Assembly: GCA_963693055.1 (NCBI GenBank)
Contig: OY843751.1
Location: 1,376,001-1,440,000 of the forward strand
Direction of reading: 5' to 3'
Source: a bacterium
Lineage (GTDB): Bacteria > Zhuqueibacterota > Zhuqueibacteria > Residuimicrobiales > Krinioviventaceae
DNA length: 64,000 nucleotides
Under the pieces are notes generated by a model, which saw nothing but the letters and a program-made list of their open reading frames with translations, was not told the DNA's origin and did no database searches. The position numbers and the translations under genes are program-made. Positions 1 through 10,007 of the stretch are shown here, one piece after another (position 1 is the stretch's first letter; each line of letters starts with the position of its first letter).

Positions 1-1132
1 TATGCATACGAACCAGATAAGTCCCGCTTGCTGCTGTTACGCCTGAATCCGTTGAGCCGTCCCATTGGATGGTATATTCACCGGCGGCCTGGTGCTGATC
101 GGCCAGCATTTTGATCTGGCGGCCCAATATGTCATAAACAGCGAGAGTCATATGGCTGTCTATCGCTAACTGGTATTTGAGCATTGTGGTTGGATTAAAA
201 GGATTGGGATACGCTGCGAACAACTGTGTAGTTAAAGGCACAGTTGATTTAGCAGATGTTGTTCCGATCTCGTTCCTGTCACCGTTTATATTGACTTCAA
301 ACAATCGATAACTGTAATCTGCTCCTGCTGTAATATTTGCATCCGTAAAACTGTAATCAGACGGGGAAGACGTTGTTCCTTGTCCCGCCATTCTGTCATC
401 GGATTGGTATGAAGCGATCTTTTGCCAGTCGGATTTATCTGTTTTGCGCTCGATGATGAACCCGAGATTATCGGATTCGCTGGCGGTGGTCCATTGCAAC
501 TCTACAGAATTGCCTTTACCTATTGCTGAAAAGGAGAGCAGTTCAACGGGCAGGGAGGCGTCAGCTTCAAACTGAAAATCATCTATCATTAAATAAATAA
601 CATTGTTTGTACCATAAGGTTCTATAATAAATTCAAGTTCATCCAATGTGTATGATGAATAACTGCTTAAATCGATATATGTGAAATAATTATTTGTAGA
701 AGTGGTGTTGAATTCGTTATAATTGATTGTATGGGTAAACTGTGTACCTCCATCGAGTTTTCCTCTTATTAATATATTGTTATATTTTACAATCTGCTTT
801 GAGGTATTGAGGGGAATGATATACAATTCATGAACTTTAAAATCGCTGGTAGTGTTGGTAAATGAACCCACAGTTCCACCCCCGTATACCGGGTTGGCAA
901 AATTAGATATAAAATAATCATCATCAAATCCCCAGCCGGCCTTGTAATCCACTTCTAACTGGCTGGTAACGTTGAAATTTAATGTTCCTTCCGAAAAGGA
1001 TTTGTCACCATCGGAATGATCTGCAAATTTTTCAGTAGTTTGTGAATAAACACTTGATACAAATAAAAGCAGGGATAAAAAAATGTAGACTATAAGCGCT
1101 CTCTTTATTGAAAAATTTGAAAAATATTTCAT
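1..1132 (-). CDS. Secreted protein with LPVEL Ig-like domain and FlgD/T9SS-like C-terminal sorting domain (3' end runs off window)
   Basis: Not in the ORF track. ATG at 1132 follows an AGGAGG RBS. Reads MKYFSNFSIKRALIVYIFLSLLFVSSVYSQ (signal peptide), then DASLPVELLSFSA...ESDNLGFIIERK and YPNPFNPTT...SGTYLVRMH in the same frame at the window edge. Confidence 0.85.
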   Translation of the reverse strand, partial: MKYFSNFSIKRALIVYIFLSLLLFVSSVYSQTTEKFADHSDGDKSFSEGTLNFNVTSQLEVDYKAGWGFDDDYFISNFANPVYGGGTVGSFTNTTSDFKVHELYIIPLNTSKQIVKYNNILIRGKLDGGTQFTHTINYNEFNTTSTNNYFTYIDLSSYSSYTLDELEFIIEPYGTNNVIYLMIDDFQFEADASLPVELLSFSAIGKGNSVELQWTTASESDNLGFIIERKTDKSDWQKIASYQSDDRMAGQGTTSSPSDYSFTDANITAGADYSYRLFEVNINGDRNEIGTTSAKSTVPLTTQLFAAYPNPFNPTTMLKYQLAIDSHMTLAVYDILGRQIKMLADQHQAAGEYTIQWDGSTDSGVTAASGTYLVRMH

Positions 1133-1252
1133 TTTGCCTCCTGTACAGTTTTTTTTAGGGTTTTTTGTCCCAATTTGAAATTTTATGAAATTTGTAATAT
1201 TATACCAATAAAAAATATTTTTTCATCAGACATGAAAAATGATAAGATAAAG

Positions 1253-2121
1253 TTACTTTATAAGCATAATTTTTTGTAACTGGTTAAGACCATTTGCCTG
1301 CATGCGCACCAGGTACGTGCCGCTTGGCGCGGCAGCTCCCGAGTCCATTGTTCCGTTTCATTGAATAGAATATTCACCTGCTGATTGTTCAGCATTTTAA
1401 TCTGTCTGCCCAGTACGTTATATACTGCCAACGTTACGTGGCTATCTTTTGCCAGATTATAATTCAGGGTTGTTGACGGATTGTAGTACACCGCGAACAA
1501 CTGTGTAGTTACAGGCACAGTTGATTTATCAGATGTTGTACCTATCTCGTTTCTGTCACCGTTTATATTGACTTCGGAGAGGCGATAATCGTTATCCATT
1601 CCAGCGGTTACATCGGTATCGCTATAGCTGTATTGTGACGAGGAGGAGGTGGTGCCTTTTCCCACGAGCGCGTTATCGGTTTGGTAAGATGCAATCTTTT
1701 GCCAGTCGGATTTATCTATTTTGCGCTCGATGATGAAACCGAGATTGTCGGATTCGCTGGCGGTGGTCCATTGCAACTCGACTAAATTGTTTTTACCTGC
1801 AGCAGAGAAGGAAAGCAGTTCAACGGGCAGGGAGGCGTCCGTAACAGTACCACTTCCACTAACTGGGGCAAAATTTAAACCTAAAGGTGAGGCAGGTGCA
1901 GTACCTACTACATAGTATGGAGTATAATAAAATAATATATCCTCTTTATCATTAGTGTTATCATCTATAATCCAGTAATCATAGGTGCCGTTTGCGGCAA
2001 TAGGAGATGTTATACCGGAAACGGTCAAATCTCCAGCCCAAAGCGGTAAATTCGATCCTAATAGTAGAAATAAAAACAATAGGTGATCCGATCTTAATTG
2101 TAATTTTTGTAACAATTTCAT
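1253..2121 (-). pseudogene. Degraded paralogue of the LPVEL-Ig/CTD secreted proteins
   Basis: YPNPFNP is reduced to YYNP, with a frameshift near 1385. The alternative frame reads SAGEYSIQ*NGTMDSGAAAPSGTYLVRMQANGLNQLQKIMLIK*, with TGA at the conserved Trp. The passenger is very short. Confidence 0.8.
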
Positions 2122-2465
2122 ATTTACTACTTTTTTTGTTTCGAGAATATTTTAGTATGATACGTATGATTTTTGATCAGGGTTAAAATTAAGGTTAGAG
2201 CAAGTGCATAAATTTGACACTTGAATTTTATTATAAATTTCCTGAATGCATATACTAATGCTTATCATGTTCCACGTATTATCTTTAGTATTGTAGAAAC
2301 TTTTGTCTATTAACGTGTCGTAATGTTACTTGTCGTACAGATAAATGTACAGTAATATGTAAATTTTGATCAAATTGATATTGTTTTTCTATGGTAAGGT
2401 AAAGTTTGTTATTGATTAATATAAAAATCTAATAATGAAAAGTCAATGTTTAAAAAGGATTTACG

Positions 2466-2502
2466 TAAAAAAAGCCCTTCCTGGAAATTCCGAAAGGGCT
2501 TT
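2466..2502 (-). terminator. Rho-independent terminator, homologous to the groEL terminator
   Basis: AAAGCCCTT...AAGGGCTTT stem next to an A-run (U-tract on the minus strand), downstream of 2567..5185. Confidence 0.8.
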
Positions 2503-2566
2503 AATTATTTTGAAAAAAGTAAGTCGGGATATTAGTATATCTAATCCATGACGAGATGGAGTTGAA

Positions 2567-5185
2567 TTACTTTATTAATAATATTTTTTGTATCTGGTTA
2601 AATCCATTTGCCTGCATTTTTACCAGATATGTTCCGCTTGCTACTGTTACGCCTGAATCCGTTGAGCCGTCCCATTGGATGGTATATTCACCGGCAGCCT
2701 GGTGCTGATCGGCCAGCATTTTGATCTGGCGGCCCAATATGTCATAAACAGCGAGAGTCATATGGCTGTCTATCGCTAACTGGTATTTGATCATTGTGGT
2801 TGGATTAAAAGGATTGGGATACGCCGCGAATAACTGTGTAGTTGTGGGGATTGCGCTCATATCTACAGCCGTTGTCGAAATAACGGATTTTAGTCCGGTT
2901 GTGCTGACTTGGAAGAGGCGATAATCGTAATCCATTCCAGCGGTTACATCGGTATCGCTATAGCTGTATTGTGACGAAGAGGAAGCAGTGCCTTTTCCCA
3001 CGAGCGCGTTATTGGATTGGTAGGAAGCGATCTGCTGCCAGTCGGATTTATCTGTTTTGCGCTCAATGATAAAGCCCAGGTTGTCAATTTCGCTGGCTGT
3101 GGCCCAGGTCAGTTCAACGGCGCTGTTTTTAGGTGTGGCGTTAAACGCGACCAGTTCAACAGGCAGCGAGGCGTCGCCACCGGAGAGTGGACCGTTAGAG
3201 ATAGAGCTTGCAAGCGTGCCGTTACTCAGGGTCAGGCTGGCATCATTCACCAATACGCCCTGCACAACGCCCGTGGCCGCGCCTGAAACATCTCCGGTGA
3301 GAAAATAGTAAACACCACCGGTGCTGATGGCGCTGGTGAATCCTGAGAAAGAAGCGGAATTTTCATCGCCGGGATCGGAAACGACCGTGGCGCCGAGCTG
3401 GGTATCGGCCCCGGACTCAAAAGTAGCGTCCGTGGATGACCACAGTTTAAGGTTTGAGAGTCCGGTACGGGTACCGTTGAGTTGAATAGAGGCGGCGGTC
3501 AGGTCTGCACCTGCCACATCGCCGGTCAATTGAAACCGCCCCAGGGCTTGGTCCGTACTGCCTTGTGAAACAACGGGTGAAAAACCGCTGCCGTTGGTAA
3601 AGGTAATGGTAGCACTGTTTGTGGTTACATTGTTAGGATTTCCAGTCTCTGACCCGGTCAAATAAAGCTCTGACCCGGCGCCCTGATTATATTCGCAAAC
3701 ATGTATACGATAGGTCGTTCCCGGGGCAAGGCCGCTGACAGATTCGCTTGTGCCCGGTCCGTTATAAATACAATACCAGCCGGAAGAACCAATCTGGCTA
3801 CCAGAGCCGAATGTTGTGTTGGCAGTGTATGTGCTGTTATCTACCGGACTTGCAGTGCCGGAAGATGTAGCTGCCATAAACACGGCACAATTGGCGCCGT
3901 CTCCCCGGGTCCAGGATATTGTTGCGCTTGCTGCCGTCAGGTTGGAAAAAGTAACATCCGTGGCCTGGCTTGTTGGCGCGGCAATTAACTCAAAAGCCCC
4001 AATATCTGCATTTGTTCCACAGGGACGAGAGTAACCCCGCTGGTCTGTAGGATAAACACCGTTATAAGAATTTCCACCTTCTGGAATGGCATTGATTGCG
4101 GCGCTGCCGGTTAAAAGAGCATGAGTTTTTGTACTTCCTCCATTGTTTGCCAAAGTGCCAATGTTTAATGTGCCGCTTTGTATATCACCGGTCCCGGTTA
4201 AAGAAGCCAAAACCCCATTACAAAGATTGTATCCTTGTGAATTAAGAGAGCCACTGCCACTGGTATTTAAATTTGCACCTGTAGAAGCCGTGTTGTTGGC
4301 AAGAATTGTGTTTTTCATATTAACGGTGGCAGTTCTTAAATTAATACCACCACCGTTTGTTGCCGAGTTGTTAACAATAGTACACGAATTTATGTTTATT
4401 GTGTTATTGGCCGTTCCATCAGAATAAGCGCCCCCTTGATTGGTGGCACTATTACCTGATAGTGTAGAGTTTTTTATATTAACATTCCCGTCATACCAAT
4501 AGATACCACCACCTATATCAGCTGACTGGTTATTACTTATCGTGCAATTGGTAACAGTTAAACTTCCGGTAGATTGATACTGTCCAATGGCAGCGCCCAT
4601 GTCGGCATTATTATTTTCAAGGGTACAATTTTCTATTGTAATACTTCCGTTATAAGAGCCCACAGCGCCTCCCCTGTCTGCTGCTGTGTTCCCTGAAAAA
4701 ACAGAGTTTGTTATTTGCACAGTTCCATTATAATTATCAACAGCTCCTCCGCTCCCGCTGCCTGTAACCTGGTTCCCGGAAAAAAAACAGTTATTTATAG
4801 TCAATGTTCCTAGATTGTTCTCTATTCCGGCACCATAATTTGATACAAAGCCATTTATTATAGATAAATTATTAATCTCAACAGTAGCACTAACTTCTAT
4901 TACTCTGGAAGAATTTCCTCCGCTAATTGTTAGTTGAGAAGCACCGGGTCCGTTAATTGTTAGGTTCTTGGAAATAGAAAGTTGAGAAGAAAGAGTAATT
5001 GTACCGGTAACAGAAAAATCAATATCATCGCCCGGAGATGCATCGGTAATGGCCTGCCTTAAAGAACCAGCATTGGAATCGTTTGTATTCGTAACAGTAA
5101 TAGTTGCAGCTAAAGTCTGTTGATAGATACCAAGAAAAACCAGACAGATTATGAAAAGACTTTTTTTTAAGATGATTTTTATCAT
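2567..5185 (-). CDS. Secreted beta-helix (PMP/choice-of-anchor-Q-like) protein with FN3-like, LPVEL-Ig and CTD domains
   Basis: Signal peptide; VTNTNDSNAGSLRQAI start; GGAV/GGGI..N repeats; DQRG..R...DIGAFE motif; GLAPGTTYRIHV (FN3); YPNPFNP CTD. Confidence 0.85.
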   Translation of the reverse strand: MIKIILKKSLFIICLVFLGIYQQTLAATITVTNTNDSNAGSLRQAITDASPGDDIDFSVTGTITLSSQLSISKNLTINGPGASQLTISGGNSSRVIEVSATVEINNLSIINGFVSNYGAGIENNLGTLTINNCFFSGNQVTGSGSGGAVDNYNGTVQITNSVFSGNTAADRGGAVGSYNGSITIENCTLENNNADMGAAIGQYQSTGSLTVTNCTISNNQSADIGGGIYWYDGNVNIKNSTLSGNSATNQGGAYSDGTANNTININSCTIVNNSATNGGGINLRTATVNMKNTILANNTASTGANLNTSGSGSLNSQGYNLCNGVLASLTGTGDIQSGTLNIGTLANNGGSTKTHALLTGSAAINAIPEGGNSYNGVYPTDQRGYSRPCGTNADIGAFELIAAPTSQATDVTFSNLTAASATISWTRGDGANCAVFMAATSSGTASPVDNSTYTANTTFGSGSQIGSSGWYCIYNGPGTSESVSGLAPGTTYRIHVCEYNQGAGSELYLTGSETGNPNNVTTNSATITFTNGSGFSPVVSQGSTDQALGRFQLTGDVAGADLTAASIQLNGTRTGLSNLKLWSSTDATFESGADTQLGATVVSDPGDENSASFSGFTSAISTGGVYYFLTGDVSGAATGVVQGVLVNDASLTLSNGTLASSISNGPLSGGDASLPVELVAFNATPKNSAVELTWATASEIDNLGFIIERKTDKSDWQQIASYQSNNALVGKGTASSSSQYSYSDTDVTAGMDYDYRLFQVSTTGLKSVISTTAVDMSAIPTTTQLFAAYPNPFNPTTMIKYQLAIDSHMTLAVYDILGRQIKMLADQHQAAGEYTIQWDGSTDSGVTVASGTYLVKMQANGFNQIQKILLIK

Positions 5186-5323
5186 TTTTGCTCCTATGGA
5201 ATTTTGGGTTTAAACTGCAATCACACATAAAGTAAAAATTAATATACAATGATTCAATGAAAAATATAAAGCAGTCAGTTTTATAATACTCTGTTGTAAA
5301 TGTAAGCATTGTTGGGGACTGAA

Positions 5324-5365
5324 ACCAAGTCTGTAAGTTGCAAAAGGCCGATGCTATGTTGCATT
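5324..5365 (-). promoter_or_regulatory. Candidate AraC/HTCS operator, 21-bp-period direct repeat (divergent copy)
   Basis: accaagtctgtaaGTTGCAaaaggccgatgctatGTTGCAtt aligns without gaps to the motifs at 17615 and 24125. It lies upstream of 2567..5185. Confidence 0.55.
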
Positions 5366-5414
5366 AAAGAAAAGTAGGGAAAAATTTGTCAAGTAAGCGG
5401 TGAAAAATATGGGG

Positions 5415-5440
5415 GGGACCGGCAAATGGGCGCCAGTCCC
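5415..5440 (-). terminator. Probable terminator hairpin
   Basis: GC-rich stem (gggac.ggc / gcc.gtccc) just downstream of the stop at 5457. Confidence 0.55.
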
Positions 5441-5456
5441 TAACAAAAGCAAGAAT

Positions 5457-7481
5457 TTATTTCATCAAGATAATTTTTTGTAACTGCGACCGGCCACCTG
5501 CCTGCAAACGCACCAGGTAGGCGCCGCTGGGCGCAGCCAGTCCGGCGTTTGTTGTGCCGTTCCAGGTGGCTGCGTACTCACCCGCAGATTGTTGTTGGTT
5601 AACCAATTGTTTGACCTGGCGGCCCAACACATCGTACACGGCCAGGGTCACGTGACTGTCGTTTGCCAACTGGTATTTGAGTGTGGTCTGCGGATTAAAC
5701 GGATTGGGATACGCCGCGAACAGTTGCGTGGTGGTTGGCGTTACAGCGGCAGTAACCTCAGTTGTGGCAAGAGCATTAACCTGACCATTCACATCCACAT
5801 CAGACAGTCGATATGTATAGCTGCCGCCCGCTGTCACATCTTTGTCGGTATAGCTGTATAGTTTTGGCGAGGAAGCAGTGCCTTTTCCCACGAGCGCGTT
5901 ATTGGATTGGTAGGAAGCGATCTGCTGCCAGTCGGATTTATCTGTTTTGCGCTCAATGATAAAGCCCAGGTTGTCGGTTTCACTGGCAGTGGTCCATTCC
6001 ACTGCAACACTATTGCCTTTTTTTGTGGCTGAAAAAGAAACAAGCTCAACCGGCAGGGAAGCGTCGCCATTAGAAAGCGGGGCGTTGGTTATAGTACCGG
6101 ACAGTGTACCGGAGGCAATGGTCAGGCTGCTGTTATTGACGAGCACACCCTGCACGACACCGGTAGCATCAGAGGCCACATCACCGGTAAGAAAATAATA
6201 AACATCGCTGGTACCTATTGCGCTGGTAAAACTTGCAAAAGTCGCCGTGCTGCCGTCTCCGGGATCAGCAGTCACAGTGGCCCCGAGTTGTGTATCCGAG
6301 CCGAATGCTGCATCAGCAGACATCCATAGTTTCAGGTTCGAGAGACCTGTACGGGTGCCGTTGAGCTGGATGGATGCATCTGTGAGTGACGCGCCTGCAA
6401 CATCACCGGCCAACTGGAAGCGACCTAAAACCTGATCAGTACTGCCTTTGGTGATGTCGGGAGCAAAACCGCTGCCGTCTGTGAATGTTACGCTGGCATC
6501 GGCTGTGATTACATTATCAGGATTATCGGTGCCGGTTGTAGTCATATATACTTCGGAACCGGGGCCCCCGTTATATTCGCAAACATGTACACGATAGGTT
6601 GTATTTAAACTTAATCCACTGACAGATACACTCGTTCCTGTACCATTATAAACACAATACCAGCCGCTGGAACCGACTTGCGTTCCTGAACCGAATGCTG
6701 TATTAGCAGTGTAGGTGCTGTTATCTACCGGACTTGCAGTGCCGGAAGATGTAGCTGCCATAAACACGGCACAATTGGCGCCGTCTCCCCGGGTCCAGCT
6801 AATGGTTGTTCCGGAAGCAGAAGTACTGGAAAATCCTACGTTTGAAGCCTGGGTGGTGGGGGCGGGGGTGACTGCCGTACCTATACTAATATTATTAAAG
6901 CCTGCTTTGATTTTAGTGCCGGAAACGTTTGTAATTCTTACTTCATCCACATTGCCAAAAATGCTGGTAGAAAAATCTGACAAGGTAAATGTTTCCTCAT
7001 GCGAGGTGCCATTGACGCTCAAGTTTACCGAACCCGTGGATACATTGTCTTTGAATCCTTCAAAGTTTGATGTGGCCTGGCTGTTGTCAAACAAATAATC
7101 CGTGATGTAAATGGATTGAAAGCTGAATTCACTTCCGTCATTGCTCATTATAACGATTACTGTAGGTAAATTATTTTCTTCAACAATCGTATTCCCGGTT
7201 GTAACATCAATAGGTATCACCTGGTCGTGCGTCATAAACATATATTCTTTTGAATAAAAAACAAAACTACCGGTATTGGTGCGGGACGTAGCATCCGCGT
7301 CTGTCATAGCACCAAAAACATTCAATTGTATGCCGGGAATGTCATTTGAAAAAATGCCGTCATGAAGAATTTGTCCTATATTGGTCTCATCTGTCCCTGT
7401 AAACGCAACGGTGCCGGTTTGGGCGAATAGGGATGTGGAATTGAATAGTACCAAGATTGATAAGCAGATTAACTTTTTCAT
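5457..7481 (-). CDS. Secreted protein: unknown N-terminal beta domain plus FN3-like, LPVEL-Ig and CTD domains
   Basis: Signal peptide ending LFA|Q. Shares the ISWTRGDGANCAVFMAA...GDASLPVEL module with 2567..5185. YPNPFNP CTD. Confidence 0.85.
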   Translation of the reverse strand: MKKLICLSILVLFNSTSLFAQTGTVAFTGTDETNIGQILHDGIFSNDIPGIQLNVFGAMTDADATSRTNTGSFVFYSKEYMFMTHDQVIPIDVTTGNTIVEENNLPTVIVIMSNDGSEFSFQSIYITDYLFDNSQATSNFEGFKDNVSTGSVNLSVNGTSHEETFTLSDFSTSIFGNVDEVRITNVSGTKIKAGFNNISIGTAVTPAPTTQASNVGFSSTSASGTTISWTRGDGANCAVFMAATSSGTASPVDNSTYTANTAFGSGTQVGSSGWYCVYNGTGTSVSVSGLSLNTTYRVHVCEYNGGPGSEVYMTTTGTDNPDNVITADASVTFTDGSGFAPDITKGSTDQVLGRFQLAGDVAGASLTDASIQLNGTRTGLSNLKLWMSADAAFGSDTQLGATVTADPGDGSTATFASFTSAIGTSDVYYFLTGDVASDATGVVQGVLVNNSSLTIASGTLSGTITNAPLSNGDASLPVELVSFSATKKGNSVAVEWTTASETDNLGFIIERKTDKSDWQQIASYQSNNALVGKGTASSPKLYSYTDKDVTAGGSYTYRLSDVDVNGQVNALATTEVTAAVTPTTTQLFAAYPNPFNPQTTLKYQLANDSHVTLAVYDVLGRQVKQLVNQQQSAGEYAATWNGTTNAGLAAPSGAYLVRLQAGGRSQLQKIILMK

Positions 7482-7608
7482 AAGAACCTCATTTGTTTAG
7501 AATAGCTATTTATAATGACGGTTAGTTATTGGTAATTTCAAAACATAAATATCACAATTTTTATGCCAGGTTTTTTAGTTTGCGTTTCGGAGAGAAGAAA
7601 GAAAAGAG

Positions 7609-7644
7609 AACCCCCAAAGTCCTTTGTTTAGGGCTTTGAGGGTT
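7609..7644 (-). terminator. Rho-independent terminator
   Basis: aaccc.caaag.cct / agg.ctttg.gggtt stem followed by a pyrimidine/U-rich tract on the minus strand. Confidence 0.7.
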
Positions 7645-7665
7645 GTAAAAGTTTTTTATGATTTT

Positions 7666-9489
7666 TTACTTCATCAATAGGATCTTTTGTACCTGTGATG
7701 TATTACCTGCTTGAAATCTTGTCAGGTACATTCCGCTTGGAGCTGCTGTACCGGAATTAGTTGTACCGTCCCAGGAGACAGATTGTTCTCCGGCTGTTTG
7801 CTGCCCGCTGACCAGTGTTTTGATCTTGCGACCCAGAACGTCGTAAACAGCCAATGTTACATGGCTGTCTTTTGCCAGATTATAATTCAGTGTTGTAGTG
7901 GGATTGAATGGATTGGGATACGCCGCAAACAGTTGCGTGCTGGTTGGTGTTCTAGTTATTTCAACAGTTGTCGTTGATAGAACATTCACCTGACCACTGG
8001 TACTGACTTCTGACAAGCGATAGGAATATTGGTTGTCAGGTAAAACAGAGGTATCGTTATAGCTGTAATGTGTAGATGATTGTTTGGCGCCTTGTCCTGT
8101 TAATTGCTCGTTTTGCAAATAAGAAGCAATCTGCTGCCATTGTGTGTTTTTGGATTTGCGCTCGATGATAAATCCCAGGTTGTCAATTTCGCTGGCTGTG
8201 GTCCATTCCAGGTGAATTGTGTTGGCTTTGTATGATGCTGTAAAGGAGACCAGTTCCACGGGTAATGCATCGTCACCGACTTTGTACTCATATGTACCCA
8301 TGTCGATGGTGCCCGCCGCTCCTGTGGTTTTATCCAGTTTTCGGTCGTAGCCGTTACCGCGGATATCATAACTTTCAGTGCAATAGCTGTCGTTACCGGT
8401 ATCGGCACAGGGAGAAATACCGGAAATACTGTAGGGATGATCTGCATTGTTGGATACACCAACAAATAGTGGATTGGTAGTGATGCAATTATTGGTGGCC
8501 GTTAGCGTGCCGCCATTATTATAAATGTCACCTGCATCGTTTCCATAGCAGCTATAATTTAAAATGGGCGCTCCTGTGTCTATATAGATTTCATTACCAT
8601 TGGTAGTACTTGAATTACCCCAAATGATACAGTTATATAATTCAGGATCAGAATTGTTCGAGTATATTCCTCCTCCATTGTCCGCGGAATTACCAGTAAT
8701 GGTTACATTTGTCATTTGCATGGCTGATGATAACAAACATATACTGCCACCGTCTCCATCACATGTGTTATCACTGATCAATCCATTGATGAGAATGGGG
8801 GCGCCGGATGTATTATAAATTGCACCACCGGATACTGTTGCATAATTGCCAGTGAATGAGCAGTTGGTCATGCTTAAACCTGATCTTGTGTTAAGTATGG
8901 CACCACCGTATTTCGCTTCATTGTTTTTAAAAGTAACATTTACAAGCGTTGGTGTGCAGGTATTATTATACATTCCACCACCATAAACGTGCTGTGGTTG
9001 CTCTGAGTCAACATAATATGCCATGCCATCACTGATGGTTACACCATCAAGTACAGCTGTATTATCCAGGCTGATACTATTATGATAGAATACATGGTAA
9101 CAATGATCACCGCCCAGGTCGCCACTGAGAATGGTCTCATTGTCTTGTCCCGGGGCATAATTGGTGCGTTCGCTAACAACAGATTCTGTCCCTGCGAATC
9201 CACCATAGACAGTTACACCATTGATCAATCTGAAATGGTTATAAGTCGATCTGTTTCCACCAGCAAGGCCATAGTCGTAGGAGGGGACGTAGGTGCCTTT
9301 GGCGATCCAGATTTCATCGGGAGATGCCGCAACGTTCAAGGCTGATTGTAATGAGGTGTAGGCGTGGGTCCAACTGCTACCATCATCGTTTCCAGATGCA
9401 TTGATATCAACATAGATGGTGGCGCTCCATAGGGGTAGAACAATAGCAAGAGAAACAAGAACCATGAGTATAGTCTTTTTCATGATCAA
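7666..9489 (-). CDS. Secreted right-handed beta-helix protein with LPVEL-Ig and CTD domains
   Basis: IYVDINASGNDDGSSWTHAYTSLQSAL and EIWIAKGTY motifs, GGA/GGG repeats, IDMGTYE, CTD. Confidence 0.85.
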   Translation of the reverse strand: MIMKKTILMVLVSLAIVLPLWSATIYVDINASGNDDGSSWTHAYTSLQSALNVAASPDEIWIAKGTYVPSYDYGLAGGNRSTYNHFRLINGVTVYGGFAGTESVVSERTNYAPGQDNETILSGDLGGDHCYHVFYHNSISLDNTAVLDGVTISDGMAYYVDSEQPQHVYGGGMYNNTCTPTLVNVTFKNNEAKYGGAILNTRSGLSMTNCSFTGNYATVSGGAIYNTSGAPILINGLISDNTCDGDGGSICLLSSAMQMTNVTITGNSADNGGGIYSNNSDPELYNCIIWGNSSTTNGNEIYIDTGAPILNYSCYGNDAGDIYNNGGTLTATNNCITTNPLFVGVSNNADHPYSISGISPCADTGNDSYCTESYDIRGNGYDRKLDKTTGAAGTIDMGTYEYKVGDDALPVELVSFTASYKANTIHLEWTTASEIDNLGFIIERKSKNTQWQQIASYLQNEQLTGQGAKQSSTHYSYNDTSVLPDNQYSYRLSEVSTSGQVNVLSTTTVEITRTPTSTQLFAAYPNPFNPTTTLNYNLAKDSHVTLAVYDVLGRKIKTLVSGQQTAGEQSVSWDGTTNSGTAAPSGMYLTRFQAGNTSQVQKILLMK

Positions 9490-10007
9490 TTCCTTGTTGT
9501 TTTGATTCGCAAACTGTTTTTTTATATGGAGATTTGAGAAAAGTAATATTGAATATAGAAAACTAGATTGTAAAAATCAAATCTAAATCATTAATTATTT
9601 TATAAATATGTTTTTTTTGATTTTGTCTCCAAATCGCATTTGGATCGGAGAGTTGTTGGTTTTTTCAAGATTATGACCTTTTTCAATACTCACTTTGAGG
9701 CTAGGTTCCGATTATTAGAACCTGCAAATGAGATACTGTCTGCGAACGGTCTGTTTATGTTATGCTGAGATTTCGTAAACATGAATTTATTAAAACTTTC
9801 AACTGGACAAAATATTAAAGGTTGTCCGAAATTATTTGATACGTATCTGGATAAATGTCTCAATTTCTCATTTATCCATTTGCAGAATAGTTTCAATTCA
9901 GGTTATAAATAGTGTCTTTCGGGAATGTAGCCCTTGCTTTCAAATTCCAAAGTTTGTAATTTAAAAATTATAGATTTTAATTATTTTTTTGTAAAGGAGG
10001 GTTATAA

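Noticed and set aside
1358-1362. TGA read as Trp or Sec (alternative genetic code)
   Set aside because: The TGA lies in a gene already broken by a frameshift and a deletion; other genes use TGG for Trp and TGA as stop.
2304-2337. TGTCGTA repeats as another copy of the HTCS operator
   Set aside because: Spacing is 15 bp rather than 21 bp and the flanking conserved bases are missing.
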